Source: Candidatus Latescibacterota bacterium (GTDB lineage Bacteria > Latescibacterota > UBA2968 > UBA8231). Taken from it: a stretch of DNA of 64,000 bases. The notes under the pieces are model-generated. The model was not told where the DNA came from. It saw only the letters and a program-made list of their open reading frames with translations, and ran no database searches. Location: assembly GCA_965248355.1 (NCBI GenBank), contig OZ252098.1, positions 1,408,001 to 1,472,000 on the forward strand. Direction: 5' to 3'. The translations under genes and the position numbers were made by a program. Each line of letters begins with the position of its first letter. The stretch's first letter is position 1. Positions 45,529 through 55,834 of this stretch are shown one piece after another.

Positions 45529-46382
45529 GAACCTATCTCAAAATTGAAATTGCTTAAGTAAAATCAGGATGGAGGCAAGTTGGACGAAGCCAAGAAAATT
45601 CTCCGGATACAATTCCCAGCGAGTGATCACTCGACGCTGCCATTGAAGCCAAGCGAAGAATCTCTCCACCATCCAACGCCGCACATAGCGACGCAATCGG
45701 CGTCCGTCCTGAGTCTTTTTCTTGGTTCGGTTCTGGCGATGGGGAGCGATCATCTCGACCCCTTCTTTCTTCAGCTCCTCATCTAACGGGTCGCTGTCGT
45801 AGGCTTTGTCTCCAATCAAGTTCTTGGGTTTGTCTTCGATCAGGTAGAAGTCAAACGTCAACTGAACCAGCGTCACTTCATGATGGTTCGCTGCATGCGT
45901 GCTCACCGACAAGGGAAGCCCATGGCGGTCCACGATCCCCATGACTCGTACGCCCTTGCCTCGCTTGGTGTGGCCGATATCGGCACCTCCACCCTTGGCC
46001 GCCGAGAACATGCCATCAATGAAAGCTTCCGATTCGTCCAAGTCCCCTTGCTCGTGAAGAGTCTGGGCCAGGTCCACGAGAACTTCGCGTAACACCCCTT
46101 GACGACACCAATTTTGAAAACGGCGATGCACGGTTTTGTAGTTCGGATAGCACTGCGGCAACATATGCCATTGAGCCCCGGTATTGAGAATCCAAAGCAC
46201 AGCTTCAAGAACGTCACGGGTGGCAATCGGTTTACGACCCGGATGGCTCCCGGGGCGATGCTCCTCAGGAAAGTGATGACGGATCCGTTCCCATTGCTGG
46301 TCGGTCAGAGTAACCATACAGTAATGGTACATCATCAGCAATCAGAACTCAAGGTTATGTGTAGTGATTTTGAGATAGGTTC
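45529..46382 (-). mobile_element. IS5-family (IS427-like) insertion sequence
   Basis: Perfect 16-bp IRs GAACCTATCTCAAAAT / ATTTTGAGATAGGTTC and a 2-bp GT target duplication. Confidence 0.92.
45538..46317 (-). CDS. IS5-family transposase
   Basis: LTDQQWERI, LWILNTGAQW..LP..YP..KTVHRRF, FIDG, GDKAYDSD, RWMVERFFAWL. Single intact ORF. Confidence 0.92.
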   Translation of the reverse strand: MVTLTDQQWERIRHHFPEEHRPGSHPGRKPIATRDVLEAVLWILNTGAQWHMLPQCYPNYKTVHRRFQNWCRQGVLREVLVDLAQTLHEQGDLDESEAFIDGMFSAAKGGGADIGHTKRGKGVRVMGIVDRHGLPLSVSTHAANHHEVTLVQLTFDFYLIEDKPKNLIGDKAYDSDPLDEELKKEGVEMIAPHRQNRTKKKTQDGRRLRRYVRRWMVERFFAWLQWQRRVITRWELYPENFLGFVQLASILILLKQFQF

Positions 46383-47899
46383 GTATAGAGGACGATCCAA
46401 TCCATCCACGAGCAGCTCAATGTCTGAGCCATCCTGACTTGCGCAGTAGATGTTCATTGCCTGCCAGCACACTCGCTCTCTGACTGAATCGTAAGCTATG
46501 CTCATTGGAGGCCATAGGGAAACGACAGGAAAGGACTCGCCCAACTGAATCACAGGCTCGGCGTCGGATCCATCGAGATTGGAGGACCAAATCTCTGCTG
46601 TTGCATTGTCGGACCAGTACAATCGGCCATCGGTGGCCAGCACATCAGAAACATCAAGGGACTCTGAAGCAATGACCCGAAGGTCTGATCCGTCCAAGCC
46701 GGCCTCAAAGACGGAGCCTGACAGTCTGTCCCCCCACAGGATTCTCCCCCGCTTGGAATCCGCAAAGATGCCCGATGGACTGCGCACGGTCGGAGCGAAC
46801 AACGTCTGCAGATCCTTCCCATCTCTATCACAACTGCGGAGAGTGCCGGCGAGATCCGACCAGAATATCCTTCCCTCGTACACAGCCATGTCCACGATAT
46901 TCGATGTCGCCTCCCAGGGCAGCCCTGACACTCCCTCACCAGCCATCTCATCCCGGAACCCAGGTACATCGACAACCAGGTCCGACGGAAGCCCCTCAAG
47001 TGTCGTTCGGAAAATCTCACCGTCCTTGGCCCAATAGATTTCCTCCTTCTCTGAGTCAATCGCGATCTGCTGAGCCGGGACTTCCATGAACAAGGAGATT
47101 CCCTCCTTTCCATCTGCAAGCCGTGATCTCCCTATGCCACCGGTCGCAGACCAGTAGATGACCCCATGCATGTAGTCCATCTCCAGGTCGAAGACGCCTT
47201 GCGGGCTCCCATTGTCACGGTAGCCCGTCATCTCCTCCAGGAGGTAAACCATCTCTGCAGCACCTTCCGAATCAGGGAGGATGTCAAGGGATTTCAGACC
47301 CTCCACGTCAATGAAGTAGAGCTTCCTTCGGATCGGATCCATCACTACTTCATACGGTCCGTACAACCCCAGTCCATTCGCTTGGGATCGAAAGGACCGG
47401 GACCAGTCATCCGGAGCATCCAAGGCACTACCGCCGACAATGAAACCGTGGGTATCGCTGCCGGGCGCGTATCCTGTGGAGTATATCTTGCGATCCTGGG
47501 GATCTATATCAATGTTAACAAGGCCGTTTCCACCGTTGTAGTTCCATGCCTCCAAGTCCGAACCATCCAAATTGGAGCGATAGGTCGTTGATTTCTGCCC
47601 CGGATAGCCCCAATCGAAATGAGTCCAATATAACTTCCCTTCTGCCTCATCTATCGCAATACCACCGGGACGCCGCAGGTCTGCTTCGACAATCCACTCT
47701 TGACTGCCGGAGTGCATGTTCCACCGCGCGATGCCTCTCTCGGATGTCCAGTACATCATGTCCCCAACCTCAGCCATCGCCGAGGAAGGCCAGAGGTCCA
47801 TGAGAGCAACCAGGAAGGGACAGGCGATCAGGATGATGGACATGGGGAAGCCTCCTTGGTCAGTTGAACCGCACGGTTGCCTCTGCTTGACCGCTGGAC

Positions 47900-48613
47900 C
47901 TACGCAAGTATCTCCACCGTCGCCGCCAGCAGCTTCTCCCCCTTCATCATCTGGCACCTGGCCTTGCCGATCGTCCCGTCGACGATCCGGCCGCGCGCGC
48001 GCAGCACCTCTTCGATGCGGGCGAAGGCAACCGTGTGGCCCATCATCTCCGTCAGGGTGATATCCATCTCCCCGTGCTCGGGATGGTTCAGGACCACGAC
48101 CTCCGGCTTCTCCGGTGAGAACCTCCCGTGGCGGTCGGCGCCGGCATAGTCCTCGCCGATGTGGATCGATGAATTCGAGGTGTGATCCACCCCGAGAAGG
48201 AAGATGTAACCCCCCTTCCTGATCAGGCGGTCCAGGGCGCAGTCCTTGCCGAGGGCGCCGCGATTCAGGTCGTCCTCGACCAGGCTTTGTGCATCGGGAC
48301 CGATGGCGGTCACCGCGTGGGTCGGGTGGAGACTCCGTACCGCTCCGGGGTAGTGTCTTGCCGCTTCCGTGACCGCCCCGTTGAGCGAGGCCGACTTCAG
48401 GGGATCGAAGTACTGGCAGCTGCTGTGGGTGAAGGTCGGCACCATCAGGGTGCCCTCGGGGCCCAGAACATCAAGAAACGCCTGCACTACCGTTGCGGCT
48501 CCGCCCTCGACGTGTCCCATGCTCGACAGAGAGCTGTGGACCATCACCCGGTCGCCGGCTTGGAGGCCCATGGCCGCCACGCTGGTTGAGATGTCGGTTC
48601 GCGTGACGCTCAT
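47900..48613 (-). CDS. AAC(3)-family N-acetyltransferase
   Basis: GDRVMVHSSLSSMGHVEGGA, GTLMVPTF, RSLHPTH, LLGV...NSSIHIGE. Confidence 0.88.
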   Translation of the reverse strand: MSVTRTDISTSVAAMGLQAGDRVMVHSSLSSMGHVEGGAATVVQAFLDVLGPEGTLMVPTFTHSSCQYFDPLKSASLNGAVTEAARHYPGAVRSLHPTHAVTAIGPDAQSLVEDDLNRGALGKDCALDRLIRKGGYIFLLGVDHTSNSSIHIGEDYAGADRHGRFSPEKPEVVVLNHPEHGEMDITLTEMMGHTVAFARIEEVLRARGRIVDGTIGKARCQMMKGEKLLAATVEILA

Positions 48614-50073
48614 CGATCCCAGATGCCGTACTCGACGACCAGCTCCACGTCCTCGATCCCCACCTTGCTGCGCAGTCCGGCGGCGCGCTCCAGCAGGGCG
48701 ATCTCCAGGCGGTTCGTCCCCTGCCTGAGGGAAGACCGGTCCACCTCGATCTCCAGCCACATCCCCGTGTAAGGAGCGACCGCCTGCATGGGGCTGCGCC
48801 GCGCCCCGTCGAGGGAGACCGCTTCCCCGTTGAGGCGGACCTCCAGCCGGTCGTCCCGCACCAGGTCGCTGAAGCACAGGCGCAGGCGGGTGGAGCCGAT
48901 GCGGGCGTTGCCCTCCACGTCGTCGGCGATGGTCAGGGGGATCTCGTGCATGCGGCCGAGGTCGGCGGCCGGATCGATGGAGATGGGCAGGTGGGAGGGG
49001 TAGTTGACGTCCTGCACGTGCTCCACGTCGGTGCGGCGGCGCAGGAAGTAGTGCTTGTCGCCCTCGGCGATCTGCTCCGGCCCCGAGAGCTGGCCGAGGA
49101 CGGCGCGCTCCCCCTCCCCGAGGGGCCAGGGCATGAACCAGGTGTAGAGGCCGTCCACCCCCAGGCGCCAGGCATTGGCCGCCGCCGCCCGGAACATGGA
49201 CGGCGAGGGATGCAGCCGGGCGTTGAAGCGGCGGCTCTCGTCGGCGTAGTAGGGGTGGAGCATGTAGTAGACGGAGACGTCGCGGGCGTGGGCCGCCTCC
49301 ACGAGCCACTCCACCGGCATGGCGGAGTCGAGGATCATGTGGGCGTATACCATGGGTACCACATAGTCCACGAGCCCTTCCTCGAGCCAGCGCTCCACTT
49401 CCAGACCGGTCTTGCGGTTCACCTCCGCCGTCGGATAGATCCGGGCGCCGACGATGCCGGCGTCCTTCCCGGGCCGGTTGAGCACCGCGTCGGACGCGCG
49501 GCGGAGCCACTCGGTCATCACCGGCCCCAGGCCCTCGGCCTCCTCCTGCGGGAACCAGAAGGCGGTGCCGCCGGGGGCGGCGGCGAAGTCCAGCTCCACG
49601 CCCTCGGTGTCGTAGTCGACGGCCAACTCGGTCACACCGCGCAGCATGAAGTCGCGCACATCCTCCTGCGCCATGCCCGGCCCCCCCTCGCGGGGCGAGA
49701 CCTCCTTGGGCAGGCCGGCGTAGGCGCCCATGCGCAGGGAGGCGAGGAAGTCCATGCCGCGGTCGTGGGCGCGGTCGACGAGGACCTGCAGCGGGTCGTG
49801 GCCGCGTTCGATGAGGCTCTGCATGTTGTGCCACACCCGCCAGTAGGCGCACTGCTCGAAAGCGCCCTGCATGTCCTGGCCGAAGGGCAGCCCCACCTTG
49901 GACGGGTAGAACCAGCCGTCGTCGCGGGCCATGCCGTAGACGAAGGTGTCGACGCCGGTGTCGGCGACCTCGTCGACGGGGGCCCAGGCGTCCTCCAGGC
50001 GCATGGGCGGCTCGTGGACGAAGAGGTAGTAGTGGCGGGCGTCGTTGAAGTAGATGGTGCGGCGCTGGCGCAT
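48610..50073 (-). CDS. GHL10-like TIM-barrel protein
   Basis: IYFNDARH, DPLQVLVDRAH, ASLRM, YDTEGVELDF, GVDGLY. Confidence 0.7.
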   Translation of the reverse strand: MRQRRTIYFNDARHYYLFVHEPPMRLEDAWAPVDEVADTGVDTFVYGMARDDGWFYPSKVGLPFGQDMQGAFEQCAYWRVWHNMQSLIERGHDPLQVLVDRAHDRGMDFLASLRMGAYAGLPKEVSPREGGPGMAQEDVRDFMLRGVTELAVDYDTEGVELDFAAAPGGTAFWFPQEEAEGLGPVMTEWLRRASDAVLNRPGKDAGIVGARIYPTAEVNRKTGLEVERWLEEGLVDYVVPMVYAHMILDSAMPVEWLVEAAHARDVSVYYMLHPYYADESRRFNARLHPSPSMFRAAAANAWRLGVDGLYTWFMPWPLGEGERAVLGQLSGPEQIAEGDKHYFLRRRTDVEHVQDVNYPSHLPISIDPAADLGRMHEIPLTIADDVEGNARIGSTRLRLCFSDLVRDDRLEVRLNGEAVSLDGARRSPMQAVAPYTGMWLEIEVDRSSLRQGTNRLEIALLERAAGLRSKVGIEDVELVVEYGIWDR

Positions 50074-50087
50074 GGGGAGAGACTCCT

Positions 50088-51680
50088 TTAGGAGACACCT
50101 TCGTTGTAGGGGCCAAGGTCCGGGTCGACGAAGCCGCGATGGTAGGCGCGCCCCATGAGGTAGCGGACCTCCAGCTCCACGTCGCGCAGAGTCAGCGGCG
50201 GGATCACCTCCGGCTCGCGCTTCACCAGCTCCACCTCGATCTCGTTGGTCCCCCGCCGCGGCCAGTGGTCGGGCCCGAGTCGGTAGACGAACCAGTAGCA
50301 GGTGCCGGTGCGGAAGCGCGGAGCCCGCATGCGGTAAGCCTCGTTGATGCGGCGCAGGCCCTCGGCGGGCAGCTCGCGGCCGTTGAGGCGCATGCGCACT
50401 TCGTCGGTCTCGGTGCAGGTCAGCAGGCGGAATCGCAGGATCACCTCGTGGACGCGGCCGTCGGCGTGCCAGCGCGGCAGGTCGTCGGAGAACTCGAGGG
50501 GGACGCGCAGCGGCTCGCCCTCGGCCAGCTCCGCCGGCAGCGGGCAGCGGGCCCCGGGCTCCAGCTCGGGGTCGGGGTAGCGGCCGGTGGCGGTGGGCAC
50601 GTAGTAGTACTTGTCCTTCGGCGCCATGACCTCCGGGTGGGGCAGCTCGCGCAGCTTCTCGTAGAAGTCCGCCTCGTAAGGCCAGCAGCCGAACCAGTGC
50701 CCCAGGTAGAGGCCGTCGACACCCTGGTCCCAGTAGTTGCCGGCGCAGGCGCGGATGGCCTCGACCGGCGCCTGGTTGAGCCGGTCGGAGTCGACCAGGC
50801 TCTGCACCGTGGCCATGAGGTGCACGTCCCGGCCTTCGGCCTCGCTCACCAGCTCCCGGTAGTCGGCGTTGCAGTCGACCAGCTCCGGCCCGTGGAAGGT
50901 CTGGCCGATGACGATGTCCACCAGGCCCTCCCGCATCCAGCCGGCCAGGTCGAGGCCGATGTCGTAGCAGCCCTGCAGGCCGATGGGCACGCGCACGGCC
51001 AGGCGCCGGCCCTCGCCGCTGCCGCGCACGGTCTCGGAGACCCGGCGGATCCACTCCGTCATCACCCGCCGCCCGTCGGCGACCTCGTCCGGGTGGAAGT
51101 AGTAGGCCTGGTAGTTGAGCTGCAGCTCGAAACCGTCCACCGGGTAGTCCCGCACCGCCTCCTCGACGAGGGCGAAGCGCTCCTGGCGCACCTCCTCGTG
51201 GGCGAAGTCGAGGCAGTTGTAGCCCTTCCACGACTCCTCGACGCCGCTCTTGGCGCCGATCTCCAGGTGGGCGTTGTCGAAGCGGAACTCGGAGCAGCGC
51301 ACGTCCTCCTCGCGCGGCCCCCTTCCCTGCTGCACCAGCAGCGTCGGGTACACGGGCAGGCCCTTGGCCCGGGCGCGCTCGCAGATCACCCGGAGGGGGT
51401 CGTCGCCGCGGGCGATCATGTCGCTGGCGTTCTGGTGGGCCCGCCGGAAGATCAGGTGCGGCCAGCGGTCGACGTTGTGGCCCCACAGCTCGCCCACCTT
51501 GGTGTCGTGGAGCACGGTGCGGCCGTCGCCGAGGCAGAACATCAGCGCGTCCACGGGCGTGCCGAGAAGCTCGTCCACCCCCTGCTCGTACTCGACGCGC
51601 TGCATGGGGGGCTCGTACATGTAGATCAGCGGATGGCGGCCGTCGTGGTAGAAGGCCAGCCTTGGGAGTTCGGTCGTCAT
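50088..51680 (-). CDS. GHL10-like TIM-barrel protein (paralog)
   Basis: FYHDGRH, DPLRVICERA, LDFAHEEVR, YPVDGFEL, GVDGLY. Confidence 0.72.
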   Translation of the reverse strand: MTTELPRLAFYHDGRHPLIYMYEPPMQRVEYEQGVDELLGTPVDALMFCLGDGRTVLHDTKVGELWGHNVDRWPHLIFRRAHQNASDMIARGDDPLRVICERARAKGLPVYPTLLVQQGRGPREEDVRCSEFRFDNAHLEIGAKSGVEESWKGYNCLDFAHEEVRQERFALVEEAVRDYPVDGFELQLNYQAYYFHPDEVADGRRVMTEWIRRVSETVRGSGEGRRLAVRVPIGLQGCYDIGLDLAGWMREGLVDIVIGQTFHGPELVDCNADYRELVSEAEGRDVHLMATVQSLVDSDRLNQAPVEAIRACAGNYWDQGVDGLYLGHWFGCWPYEADFYEKLRELPHPEVMAPKDKYYYVPTATGRYPDPELEPGARCPLPAELAEGEPLRVPLEFSDDLPRWHADGRVHEVILRFRLLTCTETDEVRMRLNGRELPAEGLRRINEAYRMRAPRFRTGTCYWFVYRLGPDHWPRRGTNEIEVELVKREPEVIPPLTLRDVELEVRYLMGRAYHRGFVDPDLGPYNEGVS

Positions 51681-51687
51681 GTCGTCC

Positions 51688-52812
51688 TCAGGTCCAGTTG
51701 CGGGGATCGGGAACGGCGACCCAGGTCGATCCTTCAGCGATCGACTGCTGGCTCGCCAGGCCGGGCAGGGTCATGTCCATGGCCGCGTCGATACCGACGG
51801 TGGGCTCGGTCTGTCCGCGGAGGGCGGCGACGAAGTCCTGCACCTCCCAGTAGTCGCCGCCGCCGTGGCCGGCCTGCAGGGCCTCGGGCGGCGGACTCTT
51901 CCAGAACTCGGGCAGGAACTCCTCTTCAAGCGCCGCCAGGGGCTCCCACTTGCGCTCCTCGCCGCGGGAGCGCAGCCACACCTTGGGCTCGGCCTCGTAG
52001 CCGTCGCCGGACTCGTAAGCGCCGTCCGTGCCCTGCAGGACGTAGTGGGTCATGTGGTGGGGCCGATCCGAGAGCATGTCGACGCGGATCTGCACCAGGC
52101 CGCCGCTGACCATCCGGCACATCATGGTCACCGAGTCCTCCATCTCGTAGCGGTCGCCCCGGGGATCGAGGTAGTGGTGCCCGGTGCCGGCGGCGCACAC
52201 GGCGGCGACGCGGTCGGGGCGCGGGGCCCCGGCGTTGAACCACTGGTACACCGGGCCGAGGCTGTGGGTCGGGTAGGTGCAGCCGTTGACGCCGGTCTGC
52301 CAGCGGCGGCGCCAGGGGGTCGCCTCGTTGAGGTCCCTGAGCTGGTGGACGTAGGCGCCCTCGCCGTAGTAGGGGTCCCCGAACAGCCCCCGCCGGGCGA
52401 TCTCGCGCACGAGGACGTTGGGCTTCATGTAGGTGAAGTTCTCGGCCATCATGTAGGTGGCCGTGCTGCGGCGGGCGGCGCCCACCAGGTCCCGGCACTC
52501 CTCGATGGAGACCCCGGCGGTGACCTCGCTGAGGACGTGGATGTCCCGCTCCAGGGCCAGGATCGCGTGGGGGACGTGCCACGGCATGGGCGTGCCGAGG
52601 ATGACGGCGTCCACGGCGCCGGAGTCGAGCAGTTCCCCGGCGTCGGTGAAGGCGTGCTCCACGCCCAGCTCGGCGGCGTTGGCCTGGAGCGGCTCGAGGC
52701 GCACGTCGCAGAGGGCGGTCAGCTCGGTGGCGGGATTGGCCCGCAGGGCCTGCACGAAGCTGTTGCCCCGGCCGGCGGCGCCGATGATGCCGAAACGGAT
52801 GCGGTCCGCCAT
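51688..52812 (-). CDS. Gfo/Idh/MocA-family oxidoreductase
   Basis: RFGIIGAAGRG, GTPMPWH, HVLSEV, YMMAEN, YPTHSLGP, GHGGGD. Confidence 0.9.
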   Translation of the reverse strand: MADRIRFGIIGAAGRGNSFVQALRANPATELTALCDVRLEPLQANAAELGVEHAFTDAGELLDSGAVDAVILGTPMPWHVPHAILALERDIHVLSEVTAGVSIEECRDLVGAARRSTATYMMAENFTYMKPNVLVREIARRGLFGDPYYGEGAYVHQLRDLNEATPWRRRWQTGVNGCTYPTHSLGPVYQWFNAGAPRPDRVAAVCAAGTGHHYLDPRGDRYEMEDSVTMMCRMVSGGLVQIRVDMLSDRPHHMTHYVLQGTDGAYESGDGYEAEPKVWLRSRGEERKWEPLAALEEEFLPEFWKSPPPEALQAGHGGGDYWEVQDFVAALRGQTEPTVGIDAAMDMTLPGLASQQSIAEGSTWVAVPDPRNWT

Positions 52813-53531
52813 CAGTCCTCTTCCCAGGGAAGGGGCACGCCGAGGCGGGCGCCGGCGCCGCGGACCATGCGGTCCACCTCGGCGCGGAAGGCCTCCTCCG
52901 AGACCGCCGAGCCCACGTGGATGGCCAGGATCGTGCCGCCGCTGGTGGCCTTCGGCCAGCGCTCGGCGGTGGCCGGCTCGGCCTCCGTGATCCCGGCCAG
53001 GCCGCCTCCCATCAGGGAGGCCACCGCCGTGTAGCCGACGCTCTTGAAGAAGGCCGCCGGGATCATGGGGATCAGAGCGTCGAACTCCGGCCCCGTCTGG
53101 TAGTCGGCGAGGATCCGCGTGGCCGCGGCGCGGCGGCAGTAGTGGCCGGCGGAGCCGTAGTGGCCGATGGAGCGCACCGTGGCCATGCCCAGGCCCAGCT
53201 CCCGCGCCCGGGCGACGGCCATGTCGGTCGCCTCCAGCATGGGCACGTATCCCAGGCCGCCGTCGCCGTCGAGGGCGGCCACGGCCGGTGTCTCGCGGAT
53301 GACGAAGGGACTCGGGGCGGGGTTGAGCCGGCCGGTCTCCAGGGCGCCGCAGTAGCCGTCAAGGGCGCGGCAGCCGTGGCTGCGGACGCCGCGCAGGTCG
53401 GAGTCGACGAGCAACCGGCTGACGGCGCGCGCCTGACCGGGCGGCGATCCGGCCTTTTCGAGGCAGGCCGCGGCAAAGGTCAGCAGCCGTTCCTCGCGCA
53501 CGTTGACGGCCGTCTCGGGGGGCCGGTTCAT
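52812..53531 (-). pseudogene. Ldh_2 (malate/L-lactate/sulfolactate dehydrogenase)-family gene, apparently internally deleted
   Basis: SDLRGVRSHG, LDGDGGLG, GHYGSAGHY. Only 239 aa; the central and late segments typical of the family appear to be missing. Confidence 0.65.
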
Positions 53532-53543
53532 GGCCTGATCTCC

Positions 53544-53572
53544 TTGCCCGTCAAAAGGGCCGAGGCTACCTT
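53544..53572 (+). promoter_or_regulatory. Putative sigma70 promoter of the argE-like gene
   Basis: TTGCCC-17 nt-TACCTT. Confidence 0.4.
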
Positions 53573-53619
53573 GCCCGGCCCCTCTTTTTCACCTGCAAAC
53601 GAACTGCGAACTGGACCCG

Positions 53620-54762
53620 ATGAAACTCGACGTCGTGGAACTGACGAAGGAGTTCGTAAGCTACAAATCCGAGAGCCGCCTGAGCAACGTCCCGGTCACC
53701 GAGCGTACCGCCGAGATTCTGAAGTCTCTGAAGTTCGAGGTGGAGCGGCTTCCCTACACCGACGACCGGGGCGTGGACAAGCTCTGCGTCGTCGGCCGGC
53801 TGGGGAAAGGCGGCGGCGGGCTCACGCTGATGAGCCACGACGACGTGGTGCCGGCGGCCCTCGAGGACGGCTGGAAGCAGGACCCCTACACGGCCCGGAT
53901 CGCCGGGGGCAAGCTCTACGGCCGCGGCGCCTGCGACATGAAGGGCCCCCTGGCGGCCTCGATCTGCGCCGCCGCGAAGTTCGGGGACCGCGGCCTCAAG
54001 CAGCCGCTGTTCATCGTGGTCACCGCCGACGAGGAGGTGCAGGCCCGGGGGGCCCGGGAGGTGACCCGCAACTCGAAACTCTTCGACGAGGCCAGCTCCG
54101 GGTACGGCGTGATCTGCGAGCCCACCCTCCTGCGCGTGGTCTACGCCCACAAGGGTTCCATGTCGATCCGCGCCACGGCCAGCGGCCGCGCCGCCCACAC
54201 GAGCACCCTGAAGGGAGTCAACGCCAACCTGGCCATGATCCCCTTCCTGGTGGAGATGAAGAAGATCAACGATCTCGTGCTCTCCTCGAAGCGCTACCGC
54301 AACGAGGAGTTCTCGCCCCCCCACTCGGAGTGGAGCATCGGCATCAACGACGGCAACGTGGCCACCAACATCTCGCCGGTGCGCAGCGTCTGCACCGTGA
54401 GCTACCGGCTCATGCCCGGCATCGATCCCGAGAGGCTGCTCGAGCGCACCAAAGCCAAGGCCCGGGAGTGCGGCCTCGAGGTGGAGGTCAGGTTCCCCGG
54501 CGAGCCGGTCTACACCCCCCCGGACGCCGCCATCGTGCGCACCGCCCTGCGCCTGTCCGGCACCCGCAAGCCGACGACCGTCGCCTACGGCACCGACGGC
54601 CTCGCCTTCCGCGAGAAGATGCGGGATCTGGTCGTGCTCGGGCCCGGCAACATCGCCCAGGCCCACACGGTGGACGAGTGGGTGCGGATCGATCAACTGC
54701 GCAAGGGGGTCGACCTGTACCAGCGCTTCATCGACCACGTCTGCGTGCGCGGAGAGAGCTGA
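53620..54762 (+). CDS. M20-family deacylase (acetylornithine deacetylase ArgE-like)
   Basis: SHDDVVP, YGRGACDMKG, TADEE, CEPT, HKG, YGTDG, GPGNIAQAHTVDE. Confidence 0.88.
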   Translation: MKLDVVELTKEFVSYKSESRLSNVPVTERTAEILKSLKFEVERLPYTDDRGVDKLCVVGRLGKGGGGLTLMSHDDVVPAALEDGWKQDPYTARIAGGKLYGRGACDMKGPLAASICAAAKFGDRGLKQPLFIVVTADEEVQARGAREVTRNSKLFDEASSGYGVICEPTLLRVVYAHKGSMSIRATASGRAAHTSTLKGVNANLAMIPFLVEMKKINDLVLSSKRYRNEEFSPPHSEWSIGINDGNVATNISPVRSVCTVSYRLMPGIDPERLLERTKAKARECGLEVEVRFPGEPVYTPPDAAIVRTALRLSGTRKPTTVAYGTDGLAFREKMRDLVVLGPGNIAQAHTVDEWVRIDQLRKGVDLYQRFIDHVCVRGES

Positions 54763-54811
54763 AGCAGGAGGGCCAAGAGCGGGGCCCGCACTCCGCCGGC
54801 GGCCGGCGGAC

Positions 54812-55834
54812 TCAGGACCCCAGTTGTCCGCCCTCGGCCAGGGCCTCGGCGATCTGCACCGCGTTCAGGGCCGCGCCCTTGCGCAACTGATCGCCGCACA
54901 GGAACAGGCTCACGCCGGTGCCGTCGGGCCGCGACAGGTCCTGGCGGACGCGGCCCACGAGCACCTCGTCCCGGCCGCTGGCCTCCAGGGGCATGGGGAA
55001 GTGGTTGGCCTCGCGGTCGTCGACCAGCTCCACGCCCGGCGCCTCGCCCAGGATCCGCCGCACCTCCGCCTCGCTCACCGGCTCCTCGAACTCGACGGTC
55101 ATCGCCTCGGAGTGGGCCCGCAGGACGGGGACGCGCACGCAGGTGGGCGATACCAGGATCGACTCCTCGTGGAACATCTTGCGCGTCTCCCGGATCATCT
55201 TCACCTCCTCCTCGCAGTAGCCGTCCTCGTCGATCTCGGTGTTGTGCGAGAACAGGTTGAAGGCGATCGGGTACGGCAGCTCCCGGGGCACGGCGGGCCT
55301 GTCGGCGAGCACCTCCCGCGTCTGCTCCACCAGCTCCTCCATGGCCTTGGCGCCGGCGCCCGAGATCGCCTGGTAGGTGGAGACGACGACGCGGCGCACG
55401 CGATGGGCGCGGTGCAGGGGCCACAGGGGCACGACCATGATGATGGTGGAACAGTTCGGGTTGGCGATGAGGCCCTTGTGGGCGGCCAGGTCGCCGGCGT
55501 TGACCTCGGGCACCACGAGGGGCACCTCGGGGTCCATGCGGAAGGCGGAGGTGTTGTCCACGACCACGGCGCCGGCCGCCACCGCCGCCGGCGCGAACCG
55601 CCGGCTGAGGCTGCCGCCGGCCGATGACAGCACCAGGTCGATGCCGTCGAAGGAGTCCTCCGTCAGCTCCTGCACCGTGAGGCTCTCGCCGCGGAAGTCG
55701 ATGCGCCGGCCGGCGGAACGGCTGGAGGCCAGCAGCCGCAGCTCGTTCACCGGAAAGTCGCGCTCGGCCAGGATCTCGAGCATGACCTGGCCCACGGCGC
55801 CGGTGGCGCCCATGACGGCGACGCTGTAGCTCAC
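54812..55834 (-). CDS. asd: Aspartate-semialdehyde dehydrogenase
   Basis: VAVMGATGAVG, VDNTSAFRM, IANPNCST, STYQAISGAG, CVRVPVLRAHSE, DQLRKGAALNAVQIAE. Confidence 0.96.
   Translation of the reverse strand: MSYSVAVMGATGAVGQVMLEILAERDFPVNELRLLASSRSAGRRIDFRGESLTVQELTEDSFDGIDLVLSSAGGSLSRRFAPAAVAAGAVVVDNTSAFRMDPEVPLVVPEVNAGDLAAHKGLIANPNCSTIIMVVPLWPLHRAHRVRRVVVSTYQAISGAGAKAMEELVEQTREVLADRPAVPRELPYPIAFNLFSHNTEIDEDGYCEEEVKMIRETRKMFHEESILVSPTCVRVPVLRAHSEAMTVEFEEPVSEAEVRRILGEAPGVELVDDREANHFPMPLEASGRDEVLVGRVRQDLSRPDGTGVSLFLCGDQLRKGAALNAVQIAEALAEGGQLGS

Larger units (their letters stand above)
44891..47843 (-). pseudogene. Secreted LDL-receptor class B (YWTD) beta-propeller protein with FlgD-Ig/T9SS-like C-terminal domain, disrupted by IS5
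   Basis: Signal-like N-terminus, repeated KLYWT/IYWS/LYWSD..SNLDGSD, and C-terminal NYPNPFN..IYNALGQ..LASGVYLARL..RKLTLLR. Removing the IS and one AC restores the frame RPLYDIAVD. Confidence 0.85.

Noticed and set aside
20664..53531. Complete coenzyme M pathway (ComA plus Ldh_2 as ComC)
   Set aside because: The Ldh_2 gene is 31 kb away in another operon and looks deleted, and no ComB or ComDE is seen.
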